Source of the DNA: the human T2T-CHM13v2.0 reference genome, Homo sapiens
Reading direction: 5' to 3' (one strand)
Assembly: GCF_009914755.1 (NCBI RefSeq)
Contig: NC_060947.1
DNA length: 64,000 nt
Of this stretch, positions 49,097 through 62,372 are shown in pieces. Made by a program: the position numbers and the translations under genes. The notes under the pieces are model-generated. The model was not told the DNA's origin. It made no database searches and saw nothing but the letters and a program-made list of their open reading frames with translations. The stretch's first letter is position 1; each line of letters begins with the position of its first letter.

Positions 49097-50773
49097 ATGG
49101 TTGACTCTGGGACAGAAGCAAGGGCTAGAGGAAAGGCTGAGGCTGGCCTGCAAGATGGAATCAGTGGTCCTGCCACTGCTAGAGTGAATGGTAAAACCCA
49201 GGCCGAGGCAGTGGCTGAGGCAGAACTGAAAACAGAATCAGTGACCCAGGCCAAAGCTGGTGATGGAGCAATGACCAGGACACATACAGTGACCTACAGG
49301 GAGGCTATGGCTGTGACAAGGGAAGTGATCAAGGTGGAAGATACAACTAAGACTAGAGTCATGGTTGAGACTAAGACAAAACCCCTGGCAGAACGCAGTA
49401 TAGTGCCACAAACCAAGTCAAAGGCCATGCCTATGTCTAGGGTCAGTACTGTAACCAAGTCTGAAGTCAAGGTTGTTGCTGTCATTGAGGCAAATATTAG
49501 GTCCTATGCCAAGTCACATGATAAGGCCAATACTGGGTCCAGACCTGACAGAAGGGAAGAGACCAGCATTGGGATGAAATCCAGTGATGAGGATGAAGAA
49601 AATATATGCTCCTGGTTCTGGACTGGAGAAGAGCCTAGTGTAGGGTCCTGGTTCTGGCCTGAAGAAGAGACCTCTCTTCAAGTTTATAAGCCCCTACCTA
49701 AGATCCAGGAAAAGCCCAAGCCCACACACAAACCCACACTTACTATAAAACAAAAGGTAATAGCATGGTCAAGGGCCAGGTATATTGTCCTAGTTCCAGT
49801 TGAAGGAGGGGAGCAATCCTTGCCTCCAGAAGGAAACTGGACCCTGGTTGAGACCTTGATTGAAACTCCTCTGGGGATTCGACCTTTGACCAAGATCCCA
49901 CCTTATCATGGGCCTTATTACCAGACCTTAGCTGAGATCAAAAAACAGATTAGGCAAAGGGAAAAGTATGGGCCTAATCCGAAGGCCTGCCACTGCAAAT
50001 CACGTGGCTTTAGTTTAGAGCCTAAAGAGTTTGATAAACTTGTTGCCCTCCTTAAGTTAACTAAGGATCCTTTCATTCATGAAATAGCTACAATGATAAT
50101 GGGCATCAGTCCTGCTTATCCATTTACTCAAGATATAATTCATGATGTAGGTATTACTGTTATGATTGAAAACTTGGTCAATAATCCCAATGTTAAAGAA
50201 CACCCTGGAGCTTTAAGTATGGTGGATGACAGCTCTGAGTCTTCCGAAGAACCAAAATCAGGGGAGTCATATATACATCAAGTTTGTAAAGGCATAATCT
50301 CTTGCCCCTTGAACTCCCCTGTGCAGCTGGCTGGGCTGAAATTACTAGGGCACTTGAGTATAAAATTTGAAGATCACTATGTGATTACCAGTTATATTCC
50401 AGATTTCCTCACCTTGTTAAACAAGGGAAGTGTCAAAACCAAGTTTTATGTTTTAAAAGTGTTTTCGTGTTTGTCTAAAAATCACGCCAATACAAGAGAA
50501 TTGATCAGTGCCAAAGTACTGTCATCATTGGTTGCACCCTTTAACAAGAATGAGTCAAAGGCCAATATTCTTAATATTATTGAAATATTTGAGAATATAA
50601 ATTTTCAGTTCAAAACAAAGGCAAAGCTATTTACCAAGGAAAAGTTCACTAAATCTGAGCTTATTTCAATATTCCAGGAAGCAAAACAGTTTGGTCAGAA
50701 ACTCCAAGACTTAGCAGAGCACAGTGATCCCGAAGTGAGAGATAAAGTCATACGATTAATACTAAAACTCTGA
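49097..50773 (+). CDS. ARMCX5: Armadillo repeat-containing X-linked protein 5 (GASP family), 558 aa, single coding exon
   Basis: Intact ORF with strong Kozak (AACATGG); two SWFW GASP motifs; C-terminal Arm_2 domain (CHCKSRGFSLEPKEFDKLVALL ... HSDPEVRDKV). Confidence 0.97.
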   Translation: MVDSGTEARARGKAEAGLQDGISGPATARVNGKTQAEAVAEAELKTESVTQAKAGDGAMTRTHTVTYREAMAVTREVIKVEDTTKTRVMVETKTKPLAERSIVPQTKSKAMPMSRVSTVTKSEVKVVAVIEANIRSYAKSHDKANTGSRPDRREETSIGMKSSDEDEENICSWFWTGEEPSVGSWFWPEEETSLQVYKPLPKIQEKPKPTHKPTLTIKQKVIAWSRARYIVLVPVEGGEQSLPPEGNWTLVETLIETPLGIRPLTKIPPYHGPYYQTLAEIKKQIRQREKYGPNPKACHCKSRGFSLEPKEFDKLVALLKLTKDPFIHEIATMIMGISPAYPFTQDIIHDVGITVMIENLVNNPNVKEHPGALSMVDDSSESSEEPKSGESYIHQVCKGIISCPLNSPVQLAGLKLLGHLSIKFEDHYVITSYIPDFLTLLNKGSVKTKFYVLKVFSCLSKNHANTRELISAKVLSSLVAPFNKNESKANILNIIEIFENINFQFKTKAKLFTKEKFTKSELISIFQEAKQFGQKLQDLAEHSDPEVRDKVIRLILKL

Positions 50774-51084
50774 ATACCCCTCTGTTCTCATAAAGCCTCA
50801 AACAGTTTTTTGGAGTTGCAATATGAAACCAATGCATATTGTAATTATAAATTCAATACTTATGTTTTCCATGTTGATTGAGGGAGGCAATTTTATGGAT
50901 ACCAATTAATCTTGAGATCCTGAACATGTGCTGATTTTTATTGTGCTATATAGTATATAAATTGAGATATTTTTGGTATTTCTGCAACGTGACCTGATAA
51001 TGAATCTATTCATCCTGAGTAAGCTATACTTCTGTGCTTTATATTGATATGTGTATTCTTTTGAGATTTTATTTACATGTTGTT

Positions 51085-51090
51085 AATAAA
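51085..51090 (+). terminator. ARMCX5 polyadenylation signal
   Basis: AATAAA about 310 nt after the stop codon in an AT-rich 3'UTR. Confidence 0.75.
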
Positions 51091-52714
51091 GTTGCATGCT
51101 AAAACTGGTGAAAATATTGTCCTAGTTCTTCAGCTGAAATCTAGTCTGGGGGGATAAAGCACAGAGAGCATAAAGATGGTGAAGAACACTGCCTGTGTGT
51201 CTGTAGTGGGGCACAAACAAAACAAGTTCACATTGACAGATTATTTAGTTTCGACATACTTAAAAAGTAGAATCACTCTATGCAAGAAGGCAGGACTGTG
51301 CTATTAGTTGTCTGTAGGCTCCTACTGATAGGGCTTCAAATGAGGAATGAAGCCCTATCTGGGCAGCTCTGGGGAAGGGAGTAAGGAGGAAGGGAATACA
51401 GATGCTTTCATTGTAGTCTCAGTTCCGGAACTTGTGCTCAGCTTTTCACATAAAATGTCTCATCAGGATGCCTTGAAGCTTTTTAACCCCAAGAGGATTC
51501 CTGGTTCTCACCCCTATTCAGTAAGCCATGGACAGCTGCACAGGAAGTGTGGTTCTGAAGGGACCCAGCCCCACTGTGCCTTCAACAGCTCCCTCCCTAT
51601 CCAGGGGTATCAGATTTACTGCTTCATCTGTGATTCTCTCCCCCAGAAGTCCTGGGCCTCAGAGGAGAGTCTTTCTGGGGATTACCTACTGAAACTGCTT
51701 CATAGATAATCTCGTCTGTCTCATCTGGTGACTGTTTACTCCTTACCTTTGTTTTCTGGCCAATGTTTGGACTTGGTGATTTGTACCACAGTTGGTAGCA
51801 GCCCCTTGTTTGTGCTGATTCTTTTTGGTCAGAGCTCAGCTCTATGTATGGCATAGCCACAGGATACCAAATTCCTTTAGAAGTGCGTAGTTAGGAAGAA
51901 ATTAATTCCCATAAAACCCACTGTTCTGTCTATTCGCATAGTTTATAGAGCTGAAGCCATGTTGTCTATACTAAGCTTGTCCTGTTTATTCTTAACAAAA
52001 GCTAGGTTCTCTGCAAGGATTTGTGGAATAGAATGACAATGTATAGTTTAGGATTTTGGGGTCACCTCTGCCTCTCCTACCCCCTGCCTCTTTTACTGTT
52101 AATTTACTGCCCAGAATTGGGAAATATAAATATTAGGATCAGTATACAAATGGTCTTTCTGTTGACCTTCCTCTCCTAACTTTTTATACATTTAGGGGAA
52201 GGTCTAAAGTGGAAAATCTCAATATGGTGTAATGGATCCCTACTTTTAATAGCTATCTGTAGTTTAATTTCTACTAGGATCAGTTGTGAATCTATTGTGG
52301 TACATCTAAAAGTTTAAATGAAGCACAGTTAGCTACACTTGTGCATTAAGGGAAACAAGCAAGGTAGTTTTTTTGCAATGTGAAACTTCAATTTAGATGA
52401 TTTTTGAAGTTCTTTATAACATTTTTTAATCCACAGAACTCCTGTAGCCTGTAATACCAGCTGTGGGTACTACTCTCAGTGTTGGAGATCATCAAAATAC
52501 AATTGGACCAGACCCTTTGGAAATAATTCTGTGTCTCAAATGCCCTGTGGAGCACACACTTAATCAGTTGATGGCTATGGAATTTTCCAACATCAGCTAA
52601 AGAGAAGGGTGAGTGTGGGGTGTGTACGTATTTGTGTCAAAGCACAAAGTTGATGGTCTCTCCTTGGATGGGAATTGTGGGATGCGAAGTCATCTCCTAG
52701 ATTGTTCATGAGGT

Positions 52715-55700
52715 GTCATCTGTTGATGGACACTTAGGTTGTTTCCATCTTTTGGCTCTTATGAATATTGCTGCAGTGAACATTGGAGTACAAGTATCTG
52801 TTTGAGTCCCTGATTTAAATTCTTTTGGGTATATACCTAGACGTGGAATTGCTGGGTTGTATGATTTGTTTAGCTTTTTGAGGAATTACCAGCTGTTTTC
52901 CACAGTGCCTGTACCATTTTACATTCCCGTCAGCAATATGCAAGGGTTCCAATTTATCCACATTCTTGGTGACACTTGTTATTTTCCATTATTATTTAAA
53001 TAGCCATCTTAGGAGGTGTGAAGTAGTATATCATTGTGGTTTTAATTTGCATTTCCCGAAAGTCTTATGATGTTGAGCATCTTTTCATGTGCTTATTGGC
53101 CATTTGAGTATATTTTTTAGAGAATGTATGTTTACGTTCTTTGCTCATTTTTAATTGTGTTTTTGGTTATTGTTGCATTGTAGGAGTTTTAAAATATATA
53201 TATTCTGGATACATGCCCCTTATTAGCTATGTGATTTGCAAATATTTTCTCCTGTTCTGTAGGTTTTTTCACTTTTGATGATGTCATTTGATGTGCAAAA
53301 GTTTTTAATTTCAATGAAGCCCAATTTATCTATTTTTTTCTTTTGTTGCTGGTGCTTTTGGTGTCATATCTAAGAATTCATCACCAAATTCAAGGTCACA
53401 AAGATACCCATATGTTTTCTTCTAAAAGTTGTATAGTTTTAAACATCAGAGTAATTAGTGTTTCTATCACCTCAAACATTTATCATTTCTTTGTTTTGGG
53501 AACATTCGAAATCTTTTCTTGCTATTTGAAAATATATAATTATTTATTGTTAACTGTAGTCACCCTACATTGCTATATAGATCATTAGAACTTATTCCTC
53601 CTATCTTGCTGTAATTTTGTATCTGTTAACCAACCTTTCCCACCCCATTCCTTTCCCTATATTCTCTTAACTTTTAATTGAAAAAAAAAAACCACAATAA
53701 CTTTTGCACCATCCTAATAGTAACCACTATTCTACACTCTACTTCTATGAGATGAGCTTTTATAGCTTCCACATGTGAATGATAATATGTGGTATTTATC
53801 TTTCTGTGCCTGGCTTATTTCATATAATGTCCTCCAGGTTCATCCATGTTTCCACCAATGACAGGATTTCTTTCATTGTTATGGCTGAATAGTGGTCTGT
53901 TGTGTATATATACCACATTTTTTTATCCTTGCATCTGTTTATGGGTACTTATATTGATTCCATATCTTGGCTGTTGTGAATAGTGCTGTGATAAACATGA
54001 GAGTGCAGATATCTCTTTGATATACTGATATCCTTTCTTTTTGATACATACCCAGCAGTAAGATTGCTGGATCATATGGTAGTTCTATTTTTAGTTTATT
54101 GAGAAATCTCCATGCTGTTTTTCATAATGGCTGTACTAATTTACATTCCCACCTACAATGTATAAGAGTTCCATTTTCTCTGCATCCGTACCACCATTTG
54201 TTATTTTTTTTTGTCTTTTTGACAATAGCCATTCTAACTGGGGTGTGATGATATCTCACTGTGGTTTTGATTTGCATTTCCCTGATGATTAGTGATGTTG
54301 AGTGTTTTTTCATATAATTTTTGGCCACTTGTATGTCTTCTTTTGAGAAATGCCTATTCAGATCATTTGCCAATTTTTAAATTGAATTATTTGTGTTTTT
54401 GTTGTTTAGCTGTTTGAGCTCCTTGTGTAGTCGTGTTCTACACAATGTTTCAGTCAATGATGGACTGCATGTATGACAGTGGTCCCATAAGAATATAATA
54501 CCAAATTTTTGCTGTACCTTTTATATGATTAGATACATGAATACTTACCACTGTCTTACAATTGCCTGCATTATTCAATACAATAACATTCTATACAGGT
54601 GTGTAGCCTAGGAGCAGTAGGCTATACTATGCAGCCTAGGTATGTAGTAGGCTATACCATCTAGGTATTTGTAAGTAGTACTTTTCTTCTTCTAAGTAGA
54701 AGAGCTTTTTTGCCCTTCTTCTTTTAGAAGATCTTAAGAAAATCTGAATCTATGATAGTCTTACAATGGTGAAAATGCCTAAGGACACATTTCTCAGAAT
54801 GTATCCACATGGTTAAGCAATACATGACTATATATTCTGGATATTAGTCCCTTGTCAGATGAATAGTTTGCAAGTATTTTCTCCCATTCTGTAGATTATC
54901 TCTTCACTCTCTGATTGTTTCTTTTGCTGTGCAGAAGCTTTTTAGTTTGATATCCCATTTGTCTATTTTTGCTATTTTGCCTGTGCTTTTGAGGTCTTAT
55001 CCATAAAATCATTGCCCAGACCAATGTATTTCTCCTATGTTTTCTTTTTCTAGTAGTTTCATAGTTACATTTAGGTCTATAATCCATTTTGAGTTGTGCT
55101 AGGAAACCTGGATATCCATATACAGACGAATGAAACTAGACCTCTGTATCTCATCAAGTACTGCAGAATTTTGATTACAGTAGTTTTGTAGTACATTTTG
55201 AAATCAGGAAGTGTATGTGCTCCAACTTTGTTCTTCTGCTTCAAGATTGTTTTTGTTATTCTAAGTCCCTTTCCATTCCATGTCAATTTTAGAGTCAGCT
55301 TTTCCACTTATACAAAAAAGTCTTTGGAATTTTCACATTGAAATTTTGCTTGGGGGTATTGCCCTCTTTATAATATTTAGTTTCCAATCTATAAAGACAT
55401 AATGCCCTTCCATTTATTTTGGTCTTTAACTTCTTTTAGCAATAGTTTATAGTTTTAGGTATGTAAGTTGTTCACCTCCTTAGTTAAATTTATTCCTGGG
55501 TATTTCATTCTTTTATATGCTATTGTAAATGGAATTATTTTCTTTCTTTTTCATATTGTTCATTGCTGGTATATAGAAACATAACTGATATGTGTTGATT
55601 CTGTCACTTGCAACTTTGCTGAATTTATTCACTCTAGTAGTTTTTTTGTGGATTCTTTTGAAATTTCTATCTATAGGGTCATGTCATCCATGATAGAAAT

Positions 55701-57345
55701 ACTTTTATCTTCTTTTTTCTTATATGGTTACCATGTATTTCTTTTTCCGGTCTAATTGCTCTGGCTGTAACTTGAATAACAGTGCAGAAAACGGGCATGC
55801 TTGTCTTGTTGCTGATCTTCCCAGTGAAAGCTTTCAGTCTTTTACTATTGAATGTGACATTAGCTGTGGGATTTTCATAAATGTCTTTTATCATGGTAAG
55901 GAAGTTCCTTTCTGTGCCTAACTTTATGAGTGTTTTTTTAAAGGATATCAGGTTTTATCAAATATCTTTTTTGTATCAACAGAGATGATCATGTGCAGAT
56001 TTTTTTGTTCTATTCAACTGGTATATTACATCGTTTGACTCTCTTATGCTGACCACCCTTGCATTTCTAGGATAAATCCCACTTGGTCATGGTATATAAT
56101 CTTTTTAATATGCTGTTGGATTTGTTGTGCTGGGATTTTGTTGATAATTTTTGCATCTATATTCATAAGGAATATTGGTACGTAATGTTTCCTTGTGATG
56201 TCTTCATCTGGTTTTGGTATCAGAGTAATGCTGGCTCCGTAGAATTAGTTAGAAGATATTCCCCCTTCTACTTTTTAGAAGAGCTTGAGAAGGATTGTTG
56301 TTGACTCTTCTTTATGTTTGTTGGAATTGTCTAGTGAAACCGTCTGGTCCTGGAATTCTCTTTTTGGGGAAGTTTTTGATTACTGGTCTAATTTCCTCAC
56401 TCTTTATGGGTCAGTTGAGATTTTCTATTCAGTTCAGTGTCTTTTCTATTCAGATTTGGAGTCCGTTTATATAATTTACATATGTTTTTAAGAATTTGTT
56501 GATTTCATCTAAGTTATCTAATTTTTGGTGTATAAATGTTCATTGTGTACTTTTAATCTTTTAAAATTTCTGTGTGGCTGGTAATAATGTTCCCCCTTTC
56601 TGGTTTTAGATATTTGTGTCTTCTTTTTTTGTCTCTAGCTAAAAGATTGTCAATTTTCTTTATCTTTTTGAAGAACCAACTTTTGGTTTCATTGGTTCTC
56701 TCTGCTGTTTTTCCGTTCTCTATTTTGTTTATTTCTACTCGAATCTTTATTATTTCCTTCCTTCAGTTAGCTATGGGTTTCATTTGCTCTTCTTTTTCTC
56801 GTTCCTCAAGGTGTAAAGTTAGGTAATTGATTTGAGATCTTTCTTATTTTTTAATGTAGGTGTTTATAGTATAAACTTCTCTCTGACCACTGCTTTTGCT
56901 GCATCCCATAAGTTTAGTTATGCTGTTTTTGTTTTTATTCATTTCTGAGTATTTTCTGATTTTCCTTGTGATTTCTTCTTTGACCCATTGGTTATTTAAG
57001 AGTGTGTTGTTTAATCTCCATATATATGTGAATTTTTTATTTTTCTTTCTGGCGTTGATTCCTAGCTTCATCCATTGTCAATGAAGATAATTTCACATGA
57101 TATTAGTCTTACAAAGTTCATTGAGACTTATTTTAGAAGAATGTGTTTTTGCTATTGTTTGGTGCAGAGTTCTATATATGTCTGTTAGGTCTAGTTGATG
57201 TATACCACTGTTCAAGTCCTGTATCTCTTTATTGATCTCGAGTCTAGATGCTCTGTTCATTATTAAGTATGGGGTTTGAAGTTTCCTACTATTATTATAA
57301 AACTGTATTTTTTCTCTTCAGTTCTGTCAGTGTTTGCTTCTTCTT
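52715..57345 (-). mobile_element. Nested old antisense L1MA/L1MB elements
   Basis: Minus-strand ORFs with L1 ORF2 motifs ([35 protein letters not shown]). Confidence 0.85.
54428..54830. mobile_element. Tigger3a/MER7-like DNA transposon remnant
   Basis: gacagtggtcccataag, tagcctaggagcagtaggctatac, and terminal gttaagcaatacatgacta. Confidence 0.75.
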
Positions 57346-57621
57346 AGGGACTTTCGCTTTCCTACTTATTTAATTCTCCTGTATTTTAACCCCACTATTT
57401 TTATAGGTTTCCCCATATCTGCATGGAACATATAATCATTTTTCCCTTGGGAGGAAAAAAATCCTTTTCCTAACACTAAACTCACACTTTTCCAGCTATC
57501 TTTCTCTTCACCCTTTCAGAATAATCAAGTTTTCCGCATTTGTTGTTTCTGCTTTCTCATTTCCTACTCAGTCCTCACACAATTGCAATCTAGTTTCTTT
57601 CTCCACTACTCAACTAAACTC

Positions 57622-58512
57622 TGCCTCAGAACTTGGTGCCCTGTGTCCTAGCTACTTCAACTCCAGCTGTGGCTAAAAGGGGCCAAGGTACAGCTCAGGC
57701 TGTTGCTTCAGAGGATGCAAGCCCCAAGCCTTGGTGGCTTCCACATGGTGTTGGGCCTGTGGGTGCACAGAAGTCAAGAACTGCAGTTTGGGAACCTCTG
57801 CCTAGATTTCAGAAGATGTATGGAAATGCCTGGATGTCTAAGCAAAAGTCTGCTGGAGGGGTGGAACCCTCATGGATAACCTCTGCTAGGGCAGTGTGGA
57901 AGGGAAATGTGGGATTGGAGCCCACAGAGTCCCCACTGGGGTACTGCCTTATGGAGCTGTGAGGAGAGGGCCACCATCCTCCAGACCCCAGAATGGTAGA
58001 TCCACTGACACCTTGCACTGTGCACCTGGAAAAGTCACAGACACTCAACAACAAGCCTGTGAAAGCAGCTGGGAGTGGGGCTGTACTCTGCAAAGCCACA
58101 GGGTCAGAACTGCCCAGGGCCGTTGGAGCCCACCTCTTGCATCAGCATAATCCAGGTGTGAGACATTAAGTCAAAGGAGATCGTTTTGGAGCTTTAAGAT
58201 TTAATGACTGCCCTGCTGGATTTCGGACTTGGATGGGGCCTGTAGCCCCTTCGTTTTGGCCAATTTCTCCCCTTTGGAACAGGAGCATTTACCCAATGCC
58301 TATACCTCCATTGTATCTAGGAAGTAACTAACTTACTTTTGATTTTAACAACTCATTGACAGAAGGGTCTTGCCTTGTCTCAAATGAGACTTTGGACTGT
58401 GGACTTCTGAGTTAATGCCTAAATGAGTTAAGACTTTGGGGGACTGTTGTGAAGACATGATTGTGTTTTGAAGTGTGAAAAGTCATGAGATTTAGGAGGG
58501 GTTGGGATGGAA
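57622..58512 (+). mobile_element. THE1/MST (MaLR) internal sequence, 3' part with polypurine tract
   Basis: ccagctgtggctaaaaggggccaaggtacagctcaggc; purine tract directly before the LTR. Confidence 0.88.
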
Positions 58513-58889
58513 TGATATGGTTTGGCTCTGTGTCCCCACCCAAATCTCATCTCAAATTGTAATCCCCACGTGTTGAGGGAGGGACCTGTAATCCCCACCT
58601 GTTGAGGGAGGGAAGTGATTGGATTATGGGGGCGGTTCCCCAGTGCTGTTCTCATAATAGTGAGTGAATTCTCATAAGATCTGATGGTTTTATAAATGGT
58701 GGTTTTTCCTGCACTCTCTCTCTCACCTGCTGCCATGTGAGATGTGCTTGCTTCCCCTACCACCATGATTGTAAGTTTCCTAAGGCCTCCTCAGCCATGC
58801 AGAGCTGTGGGTCAATTAAACCTCTTTCCTTTATAAATTACCCAGTCTCAGGTAGTATCTTTATAGCAGTGTGAGAACGGACTAATGCA
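58513..58889 (+). mobile_element. THE1 LTR (THE1C/D-like)
   Basis: tgatatggtttggctctgtgtccccacccaaatctcatc ... attaaacctctttcc ... gactaatgca. Confidence 0.92.
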
Positions 58890-59602
58890 GCCATGGAGTA
58901 TAATTTTTCAAATATGCTGCTGAATTTGGTTTGCTAGTATATTCTTGAGAATTTTGCATAAGTATTCATAATAGATATTGGTTTATGGTTGTTAGTTTTT
59001 TCTTATAGTACCTTTGACTTTGGTACCAAGCTAATAGGAAGTAGCCCCTCTTCTTTCATTATTTTTTAAAGAGCTTGAAAAGGATTCCTGTTAATTCTCC
59101 TTTAAATGTTTAGTAAAATTTACTAGTGAAACGATCTGGTCCAGTGTTTTTCTTTGTTGGGAGGTTTTTTGATTACTGATTTGATATCCTCACTAGTTAT
59201 AGGTGTATTCAGATTTTCTATTACTTAATTATTCAGTTTTGCTAAATTGTATGTTTCTAGGAATGCATCCATTTCATCTAGGTTATCCAGTTTTTTGGCA
59301 TGCTGTTGTTCATAGTACTCATACTCTTTTTTTGTTTCTATAAAGTGGTAATAATATTTCTGCTTTCATTTCTGATTTTATTAATTTGAGTTCTCCGTCA
59401 TTTAAAGTCAATCTAGCTAAAGGTTTGTCATTAAAAAATATTTTCAAGTGCTGACTTTTGATCTTACTGATTTTCCTTGTTGTTTTCTACTCCATATTTA
59501 TCTCCATTCTAGTGTTTATTATCTTCTTTCTGCTGGCTCTAGGCCTAGTTTGTTATTCTCTTTCGGATTCCTTAAGATGTATAGTTTAGTTGTTGATTTG
59601 AA

Positions 59603-59923
59603 TTTTTCTTTTTCTTTCTTTTTTTTTTTTTTTTTGAGATGGAGTCTTGCTCTGTCGCCCAGGCTAAAGTGCAATGGCACGATCTCGGCTCACTACAACC
59701 TCCATCTCCTGGGTTTAAGCCATTCTCCTGCCTCAGCCTCCTAAGTTGCTGGGACTACAGGCATGGGCATGCGCCACCACACCAGGCTAATTTTTGTATT
59801 TTTAGTAGAGATGGGGTTTCACCATGTTGGCCAGGCTGGTCTCAAACTCCTGACCTCAAGTGATCTGCCTACCTCGGCCCCCCAAAGTGCTGGGATTACA
59901 GGCGTAAGTCACCACGCCCAGCC
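59603..59923 (-). mobile_element. Alu (AluS)
   Basis: Poly-T then antisense dimeric Alu. Confidence 0.95.
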
Positions 59924-61088
59924 TGAAATTTTGTTATCTTTTAAGTCTAATGCTTATTATCTCCTTATTGCCTTCAATTTCACTGAATTCTGCTCTTTTA
60001 TGATTTCTTTGTTCTGCTCAATTTGGATTTAATATCCTCTTCTTGTTTTAGTTTTTAAAGGTGGCATGCTAGATAATTAATGTTATTGATACTTCTTTTT
60101 TCTGATATATCTATTCAATTCTACAAATTTACTGTTAAGCACTGCTTTATTTGCATGCCGTAAATTTTAATGTTATATTTTCATTTTGATTTATTTTAAA
60201 CTATTTTAAAAATTTTCTCTTGGTAGTTCTTCTTTGATTTATTTGTTATTCAGAAATGTGTTGTTTAATTTTCAAATATTTTGGATTTGACAGCTACATT
60301 TCTATTATTTTCTTGTTTAATTCCATTATGGTCCAAGAACATACACTGACTAATTTGCTCTTTTAAGTTTGTTAAGGTATTTTTTGTGGCTCACAATATG
60401 GTCCATCTTGGTGTCTGTTCCATGTGATCTTTAGAAGAATGTATATTCTGGTTTTAGATGAAATATTCTACAGATGTCAATTAGAACCAGTTAATTATTG
60501 GTGCTATTCAGTACAACTGTGTCCTTACTGCTTTTCTGCCTAGTGGATCTTTCAATTACTGAGAGTGTTGAAATCTCTAATTATCATAGTGGATTTGCCT
60601 GCTTTTTTTTTGCAATGCTATCACATTTTGCCTCCCATATTTTGATACTCTGTCTTTAGGAACATATATAGTAAGAGCTGTTATGTCTTCTTTGACATTT
60701 GACCCATTCATTATTGTTGAAGTCTGCTTTTTTCTTTTGATTCTTTTGATTAGTGCTTGCATCTTATGTCTTAGTCTCCTTTACTTTCAAGCTATCTGTG
60801 TCTTTATATATATATAGTGGATTGTTATTGACAACATATAGTTGGGTCTTGATTTTTTTCATTCACCCCTAAAGTCTGTCTTTTAATAGGAGTATTCGGA
60901 CAATTCGTATTTAAAGTGATTATTGACATATTTGGATAAATGTTTAACACATTTGTAACTATTTTATGTTTGTTGCCATGTTCTTAGTGTTGTATTTTGT
61001 AATCCACTTTGTTTCCGTCTTCTCTGGTTTTAATTGAGCATTTAAAAAATTATTCCATTTATTTTGTTCTCTTAGTGCATTAATTATA

Positions 61089-61317
61089 CAAGCTGAGTAT
61101 CCCTGTTTTGAAAATTTGAACTCTAAAATGCTCCAAACTCTGAAACTTTTTGAGCACCAATGGGACTTTAAAAGAAAATTCTCATTGGATTTTGGATCTC
61201 AAATTTTTTGTATTAGGGATGCTGAACTGATATAATAAGTATAATGCAGATATTCCAAAATCTGAAAGGAAAAAAAAAGCTGGAATCTTAAACTTTTCTG
61301 GCCCCAAGCATTTCGGA
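61089..61317. mobile_element. Tigger4/MER46-like remnant
   Basis: caagctgagtatccct ... aaatgctccaaactctgaaactttttgagcacc ... cccaagcatttcgga. Confidence 0.7.
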
Positions 61318-61590
61318 GAAGTATTTCTTTTTACAATTTTCTTAGTGATTGCTCTAGGTTTGTCATATACATTAGCAACTACTCTAAATTCAGTTTCACA
61401 TAACACTATACTGATTCATGGGTAGTTCACATACCTCATGACAAGGTGTTACCAATTCTTCTCTCTCATCCTTTCTAACATTGTTATCATTATTTCAAAT
61501 ATCAATAAGCTGTAATCACTGAATACATTGTTTCTATTGTTATTTTGAACAAATTATTGTCTATTAGATCAATTAGAAATAAGAAAAATA

Positions 61591-62019
61591 TGGTTGACTG
61601 TTGAACAACACAGGTTTGAACTGCACAGGTCCACTTATATGCAGATTTTCTTCTGCCTCTGCCACCCCAAGACAGCAAGACCAGCCCCTCTTCTTCCTCC
61701 TCCTTGGCCTACTCAATGCGTAGATGATAAGGATGAAGAACTTCATGATGGTCCACCTCCACTTAGCGAATAGTAAATATACTTTGTCTTCCTTATGATT
61801 TTCTTAATAGCATTTTCTTTTCTCTAGCTTACTTTGTTGTAAGAATATAATATATAATACATCTAAGATACAAATATGTGTTAATAAGCTGTTTATCAGT
61901 AAGATTTCTGATCAACAGTAGGCTATTAATAGTTTGGGAAGTCAAAAATTATATATGGATTTTTGACTGTGCAGTGGGGTCAGCACCCCTAACCCCTGTG
62001 TTGTTCAAGGGTCAACTGT
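61591..62019. mobile_element. Tigger2a/MER28-like remnant
   Basis: Inverted termini gttgactgttgaacaacacagg / cctgtgttgttcaagggtcaactg followed by TA. Confidence 0.85.
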
Positions 62020-62372
62020 AAAATATTTGTAAATTTCATTTATCCCTTCTTCAACAATCTTTTTTTCCTATGTAGATCTGACTTTCTTACCTGTATAATT
62101 TTCCTTCTCTCTGAACTACTTTTAACATTTCTGGCAAGAGAGGTCTACTGGCAATAAATTCTCTTAATTTTTTAAAGCACTTCTAGGAGACTGTCAGGAA
62201 ACAAATCCAGCAAGCTTATTGTTTTATTTATGAAAACAAATCCTCATTTGAATGTCCCAAATCAAATGGTCTTTAAATACAAAGACTCACAACCAGAGTT
62301 AAAAATTTTTACATAGAACTTATTGAAGTAGTTAATCATGGAAGTTAATCATAATTATGTTTTCAGATAAAG

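Larger units (their letters stand above)
58890..62170 (-). mobile_element. Old antisense L1M fragments interrupted by an Alu and Tiggers
   Basis: Antisense ORF2-like text; boundaries approximate. Confidence 0.7.

Noticed and set aside
51300-52700. Exons of the ARMCX5-GPRASP2 read-through transcript
   Set aside because: The read-through is known, but I cannot place exons here from sequence alone.
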